In this document: piece by piece, positions 43,980 to 55,193 of the stretch
How positions within the stretch are numbered: position 1 is the first letter of the stretch
Layout: every line of letters begins with the position of its first letter
Origin: an uncultured virus (IMG/VR IMGVR_UViG_3300017989_000063)
Lineage: Duplodnaviria > Heunggongvirae > Uroviricota > Caudoviricetes
Reading direction: 5' to 3' (one strand)
DNA length: 64,000 bases
IMG/VR virus record: IMGVR_UViG_3300017989_000063
Notes under the pieces: generated by a model
Seen by the model: the letters and a program-made list of their open reading frames with translations, nothing else
What the model was told of the DNA's origin: nothing
Databases searched by the model: none
Program-made: the position numbers and the translations under genes

Positions 43980-44581
43980 ACTCCAGCCAATACCGCCCAT
44001 TCGTCTCCGACAACAGGCCCGACTGGGACCACTACTTCGCGGACATGCTGCACCTCATCGGTCGGCGTTCCACCTGCGAGCGGCATCACGTCGGAGCCAT
44101 CATCACGGTCGACAACCAGATCGTGGCCACCGGGTACAACGGAGCGCCGAGCGGGATGAAGCACTGCTCCGAGCTGGGCGGTTGCATGAGGACCAGGGAC
44201 GGCATCGAGAGCGGTACCCACCAGGAGCACTGCCGGGCCGTCCACGCAGAGGAGAACGCGATGCTCCGGGCCGGTCCCCAGGCCAAGGGCGGCGTGCTCT
44301 ACACCTCCCTGCAGCCCTGCACCATCTGCGCGAGGAAGATCATCAACGCCAAGATCGTCAAGGTCGTATTCCGCGAGGGCTACCCCGATCAGGAAGGCAC
44401 AGACATGCTGAACGAGGCTGGCGTGGAAGTGCTGTATCTTCCAGAGGAGCCTCTTCGGCCGGAGATGTTCCTCGGGCGCCTCTTCGAGCTCAACGACGAG
44501 AGGATCATGCGTGTGCTCCACACCAACGTGCTGGACGACCTGACCAGCAATCCTACGGTGTGGATGAAGTTGGGGGTGTGA
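43976..44581 (+). CDS. dCMP deaminase
   Basis: RSTC..HVGA, GYNGAP, HAEENA, PCTIC. Confidence 0.92.
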   Translation: MNSSQYRPFVSDNRPDWDHYFADMLHLIGRRSTCERHHVGAIITVDNQIVATGYNGAPSGMKHCSELGGCMRTRDGIESGTHQEHCRAVHAEENAMLRAGPQAKGGVLYTSLQPCTICARKIINAKIVKVVFREGYPDQEGTDMLNEAGVEVLYLPEEPLRPEMFLGRLFELNDERIMRVLHTNVLDDLTSNPTVWMKLGV

Positions 44582-46385
44582 GATGTCGGAAGAGCTCACG
44601 TTCTCAATGGGCGAAACCCCACCCGAGGTCATCATCGAGCGAGCACCAGACCACTTCACGATGGAGCTCGTCGGCGAGGCTGGACAGGTTGTGGAGCAGC
44701 TGGTCAACCAGGGCATCGACGCTCACCTCGAGGCGTGCTTCATCCCAGACCGCGGCGATAGCTACGAGTGGGTGGAGCACAAGCTCAAGGACGGGACCGT
44801 CTTCGCGGTCAAGCTCCACTGCAAGGTGAGCCGGGAGAGCTTGCCGGTGCTTCTGCGACGAATGCTCGAGGATGATGGAGACGAGGCTCTCTCGCTTCGG
44901 GTCGACATCCTGGAGCAGCTCGACATCGAGGAGGTGTAAGATGGGCGATAGATCGCAGACCGAGTTGGACTTGCTCGGCCATCCCAGTCGTTGGGACGCA
45001 GCCAGCTACGCGATGAAGCGCTGCCAGGAGACCGAGGAGCCTTGGGTGGCCTACACCCGTCCTGGCTTCGACCTCTGGTATGCCCGCCCCGAGCGCACTG
45101 CTCACCACGACCGCGTCCAGGCCAATCAGGTGCGCTATGACCCCGACAACCTCAACCAGGCGCTCGTCGAGGAGATGGAGAAGAGGTTACTCGAGGGTGC
45201 TGGTAAGTGCGTGGCATTCAGCCCGCTAGAGATACCTACCATGCGCATCCTCTTCTTCGACTACGAGGGCAAGCTGCTCTGCCAGTGGTGTCAGGAGAAG
45301 AAGCCTCCCGACGACTGCGAGTGGCTCAAGGACGATAACGGACACGACTTCCCGGTTTGCAGGGACTGCCTCCGCGCCCACGTCGTGATGACGGTGAGGA
45401 TGCGGGTCCAGCTCGACGAGCCGGGCTCGTTCGAGCAGAACGTGGGCAGGGCGATGGCCGTGCTGTCGCATGGGACAGTGAAGGACTGCTTCTCGGACGC
45501 AGGGATGACCCTCCACTCCTCGGAGCTCACCTACGCCGCCTCACACCCACAGCCGGGCAACCCGGGGGAGGACGACGATGTCGCTTCGTGATGATGTGAA
45601 GAAGAACACCGAAGACGTCCGAACAGCTCTCGACGTAGCTGCTATCGCTGTGGCTACCACCGGCGCCATCCTCGGCCACCTGGTGAAGAAGGAGCTGATG
45701 ACCGAAGAGGAGTTCGAGGGTATCGTGAGCCGCTCCGGTCTGAACGGCCAGAAGGCCCGCGCGTTCATGGCCGCACTGCAGGAGATGAGGGAGGGTCGAC
45801 ATGGATCGTGCTGACACAGTTCCGGTTCGTCACTACTCGGTCTTCTTCAAGATGATGTTGGGAGCCAAGACCACCGTCCGGCGCTGTGCCTGCGGCGTCG
45901 GGGCGGAGCCGTGCACCCCTATCTTCGAGGAGGTTACCTGTCCGAAGTGCTTGGAGTGGGGCAAGAATCATCCTGACGTAGTGTGGTACCAGCAGGACTA
46001 CTGGGAACGCTGGCCAGTGGCCCAGGCCGCCACCGCTGCGGCCAAGAAGGTGCTGGAGAGGAGGGAGGCCGAGGAGATGAAGCTCGTTTCTTCGCTGCCG
46101 CTCCTCCCAGAGGGGAGAGGCTGACGAACATCTTGACGAAAGGGGGGTGCCTGGTGCATCCTCTTCTTACCTGACAGAAGACGTGCCGAAGGGAGGAGAC
46201 CATGAAACCGTGAGCCCGGAAGACGAAGAGCAACACACCTGCCGCTACTGCGACGGAGACGCCACCGAGTCCGTGGGAGTCGGTGACCGAATCGTGTGGG
46301 TCTGCGACGCCGCCTACTGCCGCGAAGCTCTCGAGGAAGACGAGGAGGATGCGGCCAACGAGCTCGTTGAGCTGCTGGAACCTAC

Positions 46386-46862
46386 ATGAAGCCTGGACGC
46401 GCTATACAGCTTCTGGAGAAGGCAGCCGCTCCTCGTCTTGGTGCTCGTGACGCGGAGAGTGTAGCGAGGAATCTCCGTGCCCGAGCTCACCTTGCCACCC
46501 AGCGAGGTAGACACGGACTGGCCGAGAGGTTGATGAGGGCTACGGGGACGGTGAAGGAGAGAAGTGTCTCTCCCCTGGAGTCCTTATTCAGCAAGAAGCC
46601 GCTACCCGTTAAAAGTCTTACTCAAGCCGACCTCGGTAGGATGCACAAGGTCACCAATAAGTTCTGGAAGCTGAATCGGCTGCTGGAGAAACAAGCCCAG
46701 CTCGCCGAGCTGCGTAAGGGACTCAAGACCAAGATCATCGCTGCGCTCATGGCCGCGGCTGCCTCTGGCGGGAGGGGTGGACGTGCCACGGTCCCCCCAT
46801 CGATCAGCCAGCCTCGACCTACTACTCACATCGCCGAGATACTCAAGACCACGAAAACGTAA
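46386..46862 (+). CDS. Highly basic hypothetical protein
   Basis: Arg/Lys-rich, lower GC, contains EKAA and EKQA motifs like the putative head proteins. Confidence 0.5.
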   Translation: MKPGRAIQLLEKAAAPRLGARDAESVARNLRARAHLATQRGRHGLAERLMRATGTVKERSVSPLESLFSKKPLPVKSLTQADLGRMHKVTNKFWKLNRLLEKQAQLAELRKGLKTKIIAALMAAAASGGRGGRATVPPSISQPRPTTHIAEILKTTKT

Positions 46863-46868
46863 ATCCGT

Positions 46869-46894
46869 CTCCTCTCCTGCTATAAGAAACTCGA
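46869..46894 (+). promoter_or_regulatory. TATAAG motif copy 4
   Basis: CTCCTCTCCTGC-TATAAG at 46881, intergenic, upstream of a GGAGGT RBS. Confidence 0.55.
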
Positions 46895-46927
46895 ACGACC
46901 TGACTTTCTTCTAACCTGGAGGTTGAG

Positions 46928-48217
46928 ATGGACACGATTCGCTGCCCGCAGTGCAATGCCGAGATCAAGCTGACCGAGTCCCTGGCTGCACCTCTGGTCG
47001 CTGATCTGAAGGAGAAGCACCAGAAGGAGCTCGAGGCCAAGGACAGGGAGGCCGAGAGGAGAGAGACCGAGATCCAGGAACGCGAGCTGAAGATCCTACA
47101 GGCCGAGAAGAACGTCGAGGCCAGGGTCATGGAGCTGCTCGAGGCGGAGAAGGCCACCCTGCGTGAAGCCATCGCGGCCGAGGAGAAGCGCTCCAACGAG
47201 TTCCAGATGCAGCAGAAGGAGCAGGAGCTCGTCGACGCCCGCGAGCAGCTCCGTCAGCGTGAGGAGAAGCTGGCGGAGGCCCAGCGTGCCCAGGCCGAGG
47301 CCGTCCGCAAGGAGCGCGAGCTGGCCGACCGTGCCCGGGAGCTGGACCTCACCGTGGAGAGGCGCGTCAACGAGGCTCTCCAGGATGTACGGGCGCAGGC
47401 CACTATCGCCGCCCGAGAGGAGAACAGCCTCAAGCTGGCGGAGCGGGACCAGACCATCGAGTCCATGCGTCGCAAGATCGAGGACCTCAAGCAGAAGGCG
47501 GAGCAGGGCTCGCAGCAGCTGCAGGGCGAGGTTCAGGAGCTGCAAATCGAGGAGTCTCTGCGGACTGCGTTCCCGACCGACACCATCGAGCCGGTGCCGA
47601 AGGGCGTCCACGGCGGTGACACCCTGCAGCGCGTGAACGGCCCCCGCGGCCTCATCGGCACCATCCTGTGGGAGTCGAAGAGGACCAAGACCTGGAGCCA
47701 TCAGTGGTTGGCCAAGCTGCGCGAGGACCAGCGCGCCGCCGGCGCCGAGGTCGCGGTCATCGCCTCCTCGGCCCTTCCCCAGGACGTCACCTCGTTCGAC
47801 CTGGTGGAGGGAGTCTGGGTGGTGTCTCCATCCCTCGTAGTCCCTGTCGCCGTGATGCTGCGCCAAGGGCTGCAGGAGGTGTCTACGGCCAAGGCCATCG
47901 GCGAGGGACAGCAGACCAAGACCGAGATGATCTACCAGTACCTCACCGGCCCGCAGTTCCGCCACCGAGTGGAGGCCATCGTCGAGGCGTTCTCGGCGAT
48001 GCAGTCCGACCTCGAGAAGGAGAAGCGGGCCATCACCAAGCAGTGGGCCAAGCGTGAGCAGCAGCTCGAGCGCATCGTGGCGGCCACGAGCGGTATGTAC
48101 GGCGACCTGCAGGGCATCGCCGGTCGCTCCATCGGTGAGGTGGACGGGCTGCGTCTCTCGGACGTAGGCAACCTGGACGGCGCCTCGAGGTTCGGCAAGA
48201 AGCTGCTGGACGCGTAG
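46928..48217 (+). CDS. DUF2130-family coiled-coil protein (RmuC-like nuclease fold)
   Basis: N-terminal CPQC, long coiled coil, GSQQLQGEVQEL, GGD, ILWESKRTK, KLREDQR. Confidence 0.8.
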   Translation: MDTIRCPQCNAEIKLTESLAAPLVADLKEKHQKELEAKDREAERRETEIQERELKILQAEKNVEARVMELLEAEKATLREAIAAEEKRSNEFQMQQKEQELVDAREQLRQREEKLAEAQRAQAEAVRKERELADRARELDLTVERRVNEALQDVRAQATIAAREENSLKLAERDQTIESMRRKIEDLKQKAEQGSQQLQGEVQELQIEESLRTAFPTDTIEPVPKGVHGGDTLQRVNGPRGLIGTILWESKRTKTWSHQWLAKLREDQRAAGAEVAVIASSALPQDVTSFDLVEGVWVVSPSLVVPVAVMLRQGLQEVSTAKAIGEGQQTKTEMIYQYLTGPQFRHRVEAIVEAFSAMQSDLEKEKRAITKQWAKREQQLERIVAATSGMYGDLQGIAGRSIGEVDGLRLSDVGNLDGASRFGKKLLDA

Positions 48218-48273
48218 CCCCCTTGACAACACCGTGTGTATCGTGCACCCTGCGTCGTGGAGGTAGGACAGCC

Positions 48274-51200
48274 ATGCTTGACCGGCTTCGTCGGGTGCTG
48301 ATGCACCCGTTCTGGTGCCTCATCCTCGGACACTGGACCAAGCAAACCACCTTCGGAGAGTGGGACTCTGATCAGTCCAACTTCGTGTGCCGACGGTGTA
48401 AGAAGACGTGGAAGGGCTTCAAGGAGCTCAACAAGGAACGCTGGCACTGACGTCAGCAGAAGGGACGAGAGAGATGGGCGACGTGACCAAGACCGTGACC
48501 GTGGAGTTCAGCATCACCGGCCTGGACCCCGAGCAGCAGCAGATGATCCAGGCGGAGGTGGCAGCCGCCATCACCACCGGAGCGAAGCTGCTGAACGTGG
48601 ACGCCCCCAACACCATGTGTGGGGTGCAGGGCAAGGTGGCCAGCCGGCTCACCTGCACCATCGATCCCCCGCTGGACATCCCCATCCCCGGAGCGATCGT
48701 CTCGAACGGCCTCATCGAAGCGGTGGTCCTCGAGCGCAACGCCGAGGAGATCCTCGTCGAGGTCATCGAGATCAACGAGGAGGGCGTGCAAGACGATCGA
48801 GGAGAGGAGGGAGGTACCCTCCACACCAAGCTGCGTCGAGGTGAGCGTCGGTGGTTCGCCAAGTCCGAGCTGAAGCCCACCGGCGTCTACTACGTGGCCA
48901 ACGTCCCTCACGACTATCATCCCGGCATGGGCATGGTTCCGGGCAGGATGCTGAAGCGCGCCGTCCCCGGCGCGGGCCAGCCCCTCGAGATGGTCGCTGG
49001 CTTCCACGGCCGCCTGGCCTGATGAAGCCCATCGACTACGAGGAGAGTCAGAACGCCGGCCGCAAGCCTTACTCTCCCCCTGGCATCAACTGGTGTGTCG
49101 GCGTCGACTGGGGAGTGGACACCCCCGTTGGGGTGCTGCAGTCCTTCAAGCTCGAGCCCATCAAACTCCCCGAGGGCAAGAGCATCTACGAGATGACCGA
49201 CGGCGAGTCCGTCGTCCTCAAGACCGGCCGGGCCACGAAGAAGAGCACCACCCTCACCGACTTCAGGCTGCTCTCGGAGGAGTTCAACGACCCGGCCAAG
49301 TTCGCTGACCATCTTCGATCTCTCGGAGTTGACATCCCCGAGGGGAATGTGGCCTGGGTGACCGGAGAGCGCGTCATGATTGGCGCAGGCGATAAGCCCG
49401 TCGTGGAGGTCCGCGATCTGCACAGGCCGTTTGACTACCCCGACCCGGGTTGCATCCCCGCCCAGGAGGCCGCTCGACGCTTCCGAGAGCAGCCGGTGGT
49501 GTGCTCCATCTGTGGCAAAGAGGGCTGCCGGCCCATGAACCACGCCGGGTGGCATCCAGACGACGAGAAAGGAGGATGATCGTGGGAGACCACATCATCT
49601 GCGAGTTCACCATTCCGATGATGCTCGAGTGCTTGGACAGCACCTGCGAGCACTACGACAACTGCGACCTGGTGCCGGGGCCCAAGTCCGTCCACCACGA
49701 GCCCCGACTCAAGGGCTGTAGGAATGACGAGGGCACTTGCTGCGTCGCCTGCCTCGATTGGAGGCCGACATGAGCGACGGTCCCGAGATGCTGACCCTGA
49801 GCAAGGCGATGAGCAAGAGAGTCAAGGAGCTCTCGCTCAAGTGGGACCTCCCCATCCAGGAGGTGCTGCGTCGCCTCTTCGGCAGCCGAAGCAGCTCCGA
49901 GAGTTGGACTGCAGCCCCGGGTCCTGACTCGGAGGTGGTGGTGCTGCGGGTGGTGAAGGAGGTGCAGGTCGAGCCTCACGGAGTGGACCCACACGTACTC
50001 GCCCGGACGATGAACCAGGTGCTCGAGGAGGCGTGCTCGATGAAGTTCTGCCAGGAGGTGCTCGATGGCACGCCGGCGGTACCCTGTGGTAGGGGGCCGA
50101 GGGACGGGCACTCGGTCCAGATCTACGAACCGCAGTGCATCGACTGCGTGGGCTACCCTCCTCGAGACCCCGGCAACGATGACTACATCGTCTGCGAGAG
50201 GGGTCTCGTGTACGATGGTGAGAAGAGAAGAGTGAAGCCCGATACCATGGCGTGGGTCGGACAGTGCTTCGACCGACGCAAGCCACACGGAGGTGAGGCG
50301 TGAACGAGGAAGAACGAATCCGCCGCGCCCTGTCCATCCTCGACACGGACAGGAAGCAAGCGATGAAGCGTGTGGTCGACGCGCTCAACAAGGCCCTCGA
50401 GTTCGACGAGAGAGCCATCCACGCTCTGTGCGAGAGCCGCGTGCCTGTCAACAAGCCATTCGCCGACTCCGACGTCCCGTTCGTCGTCTTCCAGGACGAG
50501 GACCTGAGTCTGCATCTCGGCTTCATCGGCGTGCTCTCGGGCTGCCTGATGTCTGCGCTCGAGCTGCCCGACAACGTGCGGCTGTGCGCGATGTACGAAG
50601 AGGACGACACCATCAGCCGCTTCTACTTCATCGAGTGCCACCCCGAGGGGCACAAGGAGATCGAGCTATGACCGGCGGAGCACTGGCGCTGGTGGGATCT
50701 GTGCTGGTGCTCCTGTTCTTCGTGGCGTTCTGGGTCTACCAGATCAAGCGCGTGTACTTTCAGGAGTGTCCTCAGTGCGGCCAGAAGAAACTGGAGTGGG
50801 TGAAGGACTGGATCATCGACCCCGAGGAACCGCCGATGTTCGCTCACTGGGAGTGTCGCAACTGCGACTATCACACCAGCCCGTGTCCCACCAAGGTGCT
50901 GACGCAGGCAGCGCAGTCCATGCGAGCAGAGGGCTGTACCTCTGAGCACGTCATCGCCGTGGCCGAGCTCGGCGACAAGATGGAGAAGTGGACTTCGGGC
51001 GAGGGCGTAGCTGCGCACGTCGCTAGGAAGAGGAGAGAGCGAGATGAAGACCCACACTGACCTCGAGAACCTGATCCTGCGGTGCCTCTACGAGCACGGC
51101 CGGCCGGAGGAACTCTCGACCTTGGGCGAGGAGTTCCCGGAGCTGCGCAGCCACGATGGCACCCTGGTCGAGCGCACGCTGATGGACCTGGGAAAACAGC

Positions 51201-54200
51201 GCCTCGTCTACGTGGGCGGCCCCCGGCGACCGTTCCACTTCAGTCTCACCGATCGGGGGAAGCAAAGAGCTGGAAAGCTCGTAGTCGATCCCGACTCCTT
51301 CCGTGGGCAGTTGCAGCAGCTCATCAACTCCCACAGCATGGAGAACAACTCCAACACGCCGGACTTCATCCTGGCCAACTACCTCCAGCGCTGCCTCACT
51401 GCGTTCGACGAGGCGGTGACGAGTAGAGAGGCGTGGTTCGGTCGACTGGGTACTACCATCGCTGCAGACCCCAAGACGGCACGTCAGCTCGACGGGGGTG
51501 GGTGATGAAGAACGAAGACGTCGACGAGACCAAGCTGGCCAACGGCGAGTACTGCCGCAAGGGCGAGGCCGGTTGCTTCTGCAAGGTGGGCTGGCCTCTC
51601 GAGCGCACCTGTCCGGACTGCCGGGACCGGCGCAAGGAGCTATCGGGCCAGCTCGGCGAGAGCAGCTACTGCGTTTGCCCTCCGCCACCGGAGAAGAGTC
51701 CCGTCGGAGGAGAGCTCCGCCCAGAGGTGATGCCCATTCGAGAAGATGTTCTTGAGGACATCATGGGCTGGGAAGGAGACGAGTGATGGAAGAGCTGCAT
51801 CGGTCCATCCTCTCCGGCCTGGGCGTCCCCCGCGAGTTCCTGACGGGCGGGACCAACTACTCCACCTGCGAGGCGTCTCTTCGCTACCTCGAGCGTAGGC
51901 GGAAGGTCGACGAGGAAGAGGCTGCGAGAGTGTTCAAGACTCACGTTCTGGTACCGCTCTGGATGTACATGGATTGGGGAATGCGCGCGACTCTCTCCGG
52001 CTTCACCGGCAGGTGGCCTGAGGCGGTTCAAGGCCTGCGCCTGCTGGCCGAGCACTTCGATCACTGGAGGTACCGATGAGCGAGCAGTGGACCCTCGATG
52101 ATGCCATCGAGGAGCTCGAGCGCACCAAGGCTTCGGCCGCTTCTGACCTCACCAGACAGGTGCTGGAGTGGTTGAAGGAGCTACGCGTTCTGAAGCGGCC
52201 TCACTCCCTCGAGGCGAGGGTGGCTCGCATCGAAGCCTGTCTCGAAGGGGTGCTGGACATCAAGCTGCGTACCGAGCTCAACGGCATCAAGGAGCTGCAG
52301 GTGAAGCACGGGATGCGCGAGCTGGAGGAAGAGGATGGCACGTAGACTCAAGCCACAGAAGACCAAGCATCTGTACCACCACACCTCTGGCATCAGGGCC
52401 ATCCTCTACCTCGACCGCAACAGCCTCGACTTCTTTGCCGAAGTGCAGGGCGAGGAAGTGCGCCACGTCACCGCCGACGGTTGCGAGCGCCTCTTCCACA
52501 AGAAGTGCGAGGAGCTGCAGACGTTCACCTGGAAGAAGATCATCACCGGCAGCACCGTGCCCAAGTTCATGCCCACGGCCGCGGAGATCAAGCTCGTCTT
52601 CGGCGTGCACGAGGTGGCCCTGGGAGCTGACGGCCAGTGGCGTGAGCGGGAGGAGTTCCCTCGAGGGTCGGGCGAGTACCGCATCTCCAACTACCACGGG
52701 CCCACCAGTCCCGAGGACGTCGAGGAGCGCGACCGTAGAGAGGGGGAGTTCATCATCCCTTGGTCGCAGGAAACCGAAGAGGCGCTCGAGAGACTGCGCC
52801 AGGGCATCATCGAGATGAAGAAGAAGCTGTACTCGCTGCTCACCCACAAGGACGTAGCGGTGATGTTGCAGTCCGTCGTCTCCAAGAACTTGCTGAAGTC
52901 TGGGCTGACGTGCGGAACCTGCCGCTTCTTCCCCGAGGACATCGAGGAGGATCACCCCTTCTGGAACGGCAACCAGGTGGACTGCCCAGGCAAGGACGAG
53001 CAGCCCCTCGAGGGAGAAGGCGCCGGCTACCTCTCGATGTACTCGGAGGCCTGTAGCCAGTGGAGGGCACGGGGATGAAGACCATTTTCCAGCAAGCGAG
53101 CAATGGCTTCTTCGGAGGGTTGGGCGGCCGCACGCCTGCCAAGGAGGAGCGACGTCGACGCCAGCTGAAGCACCAGCAGCAGGTGGCTGGGAGGATGGCT
53201 ATGCTGCAGTCCGAGCAGCTGCGCGGTGGCCAACATCCCCGGGGAGGTCGATGATGGCCATACCGAAGAGAGACCCAGTCGACAACAGCGACATCGTCCC
53301 TTCGAGGGTGGTGCCCATTGACGACGACGGCAGCCACTACTCCAGCACTTGGCGCGCCTACGAGTGCACCACCTGCGGCAAGGAGTTCACCGTCTCCAAC
53401 GGAAAGCAGCTGCGCAGGCTTGTGCTGCGACACAGCTGCGTCCCCGGCGTGGACGAGGTGCGCGCACAGCTCGACTCCATCGAGGACCGCTCCTACGATG
53501 GATGGGACGGCGTTCCCGAGTGCCTGCTGTGCCTGGGTGCGGGGACCATCCCGATGGCCTCGGTCAGCGAGGGAGAGGTGTGCGGGCAGCTCGTCTGTGA
53601 GTCTTGTGGTGGTACCGGCAAGCAGCCGAAGCCGTTCGCCCTCTGGCTGCTGAAGACGATGTCGGAGGACACCTGATGGGAAGGATGAGACCGGGGGACC
53701 GAGCTCGGCTCTTCGAGCTGCGGTGCAGGTCCAAGCTGGGCCTCACCGAGCTCACCACCGAGGAGCAGCAGTTCTGCGAGAGAATGTACCGAGAGCACCC
53801 GGACGAGTACGGACAGGACGAGGAGGCGGTGTTCAACAAGACGGCCGCATCCATTGGCTCTGACACCCGGGTTGGGGATGGTAGCACAGCTCCGGACTTC
53901 GACCGGCCCGATCCTCCCGGGAGGGTGCACGTCCGAACCATCGGCGACCTCGTCTACTGGGTGTTCCAGCAGTCCCCAGTCCGGTTCGAGATCCTGGTGC
54001 GCATCGTGGGACAGGACGGAGGCGGGGCGTGGGTGAGGCATCAGAGCCGCGGCCACCGCTGCAGAGGCGCCCGCCGCAAGTGGCGCAAGCTGGACACCGC
54101 TCTTCGGTACCTGGACCAGCTCCAAGAGCAGCACGAGCGCCGGCGCAGGCGCCTCGAGGAGGCCGCGGACAGCGCGGAGGGTAGGGAGACACGCCGATGA
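48274..54200 (+). other. Run of ~15 small hypothetical CDSs
   Basis: Overlapping + ORFs; includes a wHTH (51044-51505) and ORFs with possible morphogenesis-protein fragments (see findings). Confidence 0.55.
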
Positions 54201-54520
54201 AGCTTTTCAAGGCGAGGGAGGTCCAGGCCGCCAAGGAGTACTCGCTCCGAGGGCAGGCTCTGCACGTCTGGGACCCGGGTCCGGGCGGCTGGCCGGGAGC
54301 TCCTCTCGTCTTCCAGCGCAACCGGCCGTGGGCGCACCTCTTCGACATGAACCAGGAGCGGCTGCTGAAGACGGCGCGCCGGCTGGGCGTGCGCCGGCCG
54401 CGGGTGGACCGCCGCGGCGAGCTGGGACAGCACATTGACCTTTGCGGCAAGCCCCTCGAGCGGGCGATGAAGGAGTGCGAGGAGAATGGACATCGAGGAG
54501 AAGAACAGGCGCCTGCGTGA
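54197..54520 (+). CDS. DUF4031-like protein
   Basis: WAHLFD..ERL...ARRLG...QHIDL. Confidence 0.55.
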   Translation: MKLFKAREVQAAKEYSLRGQALHVWDPGPGGWPGAPLVFQRNRPWAHLFDMNQERLLKTARRLGVRRPRVDRRGELGQHIDLCGKPLERAMKECEENGHRGEEQAPA

Positions 54521-54911
54521 GGCGCTGGAGATCGGGAACTCCGTGAGAGACAACAACCGTGTTGGACTACCCCCCTACTCAGAACATTTGGACGTTCTCA
54601 GAACCCCCAAATGTTCTCAGAGCGGGTGGCGACTGGAGGGCTGATCACCAGCTCTCGCCAGTGAATAAAGGGAGTGACAGCAGAATGACGTGCTTGGATT
54701 ACCAGAGGAGTCGATTCGCGGAGGTTCTGACCATGCGGAAGCACCGCTTCACCTGGCACTGCTACCGCACCAGGAACGGGGAGATCCTGCACCTGATCCA
54801 GAGGACCGCGAAGCCGTTCGAGGCCACCAGCCACGACGACCTGGTCCGCGAGCTGAAGAAGGAAACCGAGCGCAGTGGGCCGGGCATCCAGGCCCTCGGG
54901 AGGGTGGGCTG

Positions 54912-55163
54912 ATGGCCTCATCCGCAGCAACTCGAAGCCGGCGCACGCAGGAGGACCTCCTCGAGTACGTGCGCCTCGCCAACCGTCCGCTGACGGCCAC
55001 CGAGCTGGCCGGGCTCGCTCACTGCAGCGAGACCACCGTGCGGCGACAGATGAAGCGCCTGGTCGCCCGCGGCAAGGTCGAGGAGGGCGCGGAGGACTAC
55101 AGCGTGCGCTGCTTCGGCAGCACCATGATCAAGTCGCTCAAGGTCTGGAAGATGAAGTGGTGA
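54912..55163 (+). CDS. Winged-HTH DNA-binding protein
   Basis: LTATELAGLAHCSETTVRRQMKRLVARGKV. Confidence 0.75.
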   Translation: MASSAATRSRRTQEDLLEYVRLANRPLTATELAGLAHCSETTVRRQMKRLVARGKVEEGAEDYSVRCFGSTMIKSLKVWKMKW

Positions 55164-55168
55164 GCCGG

Positions 55169-55193
55169 CCCTTTCCGGTATAAGGGTGATAGA
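55169..55193 (+). promoter_or_regulatory. TATAAG motif copy 5
   Basis: CCCTTTCCGG-TATAAG at 55179, intergenic. Confidence 0.55.
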
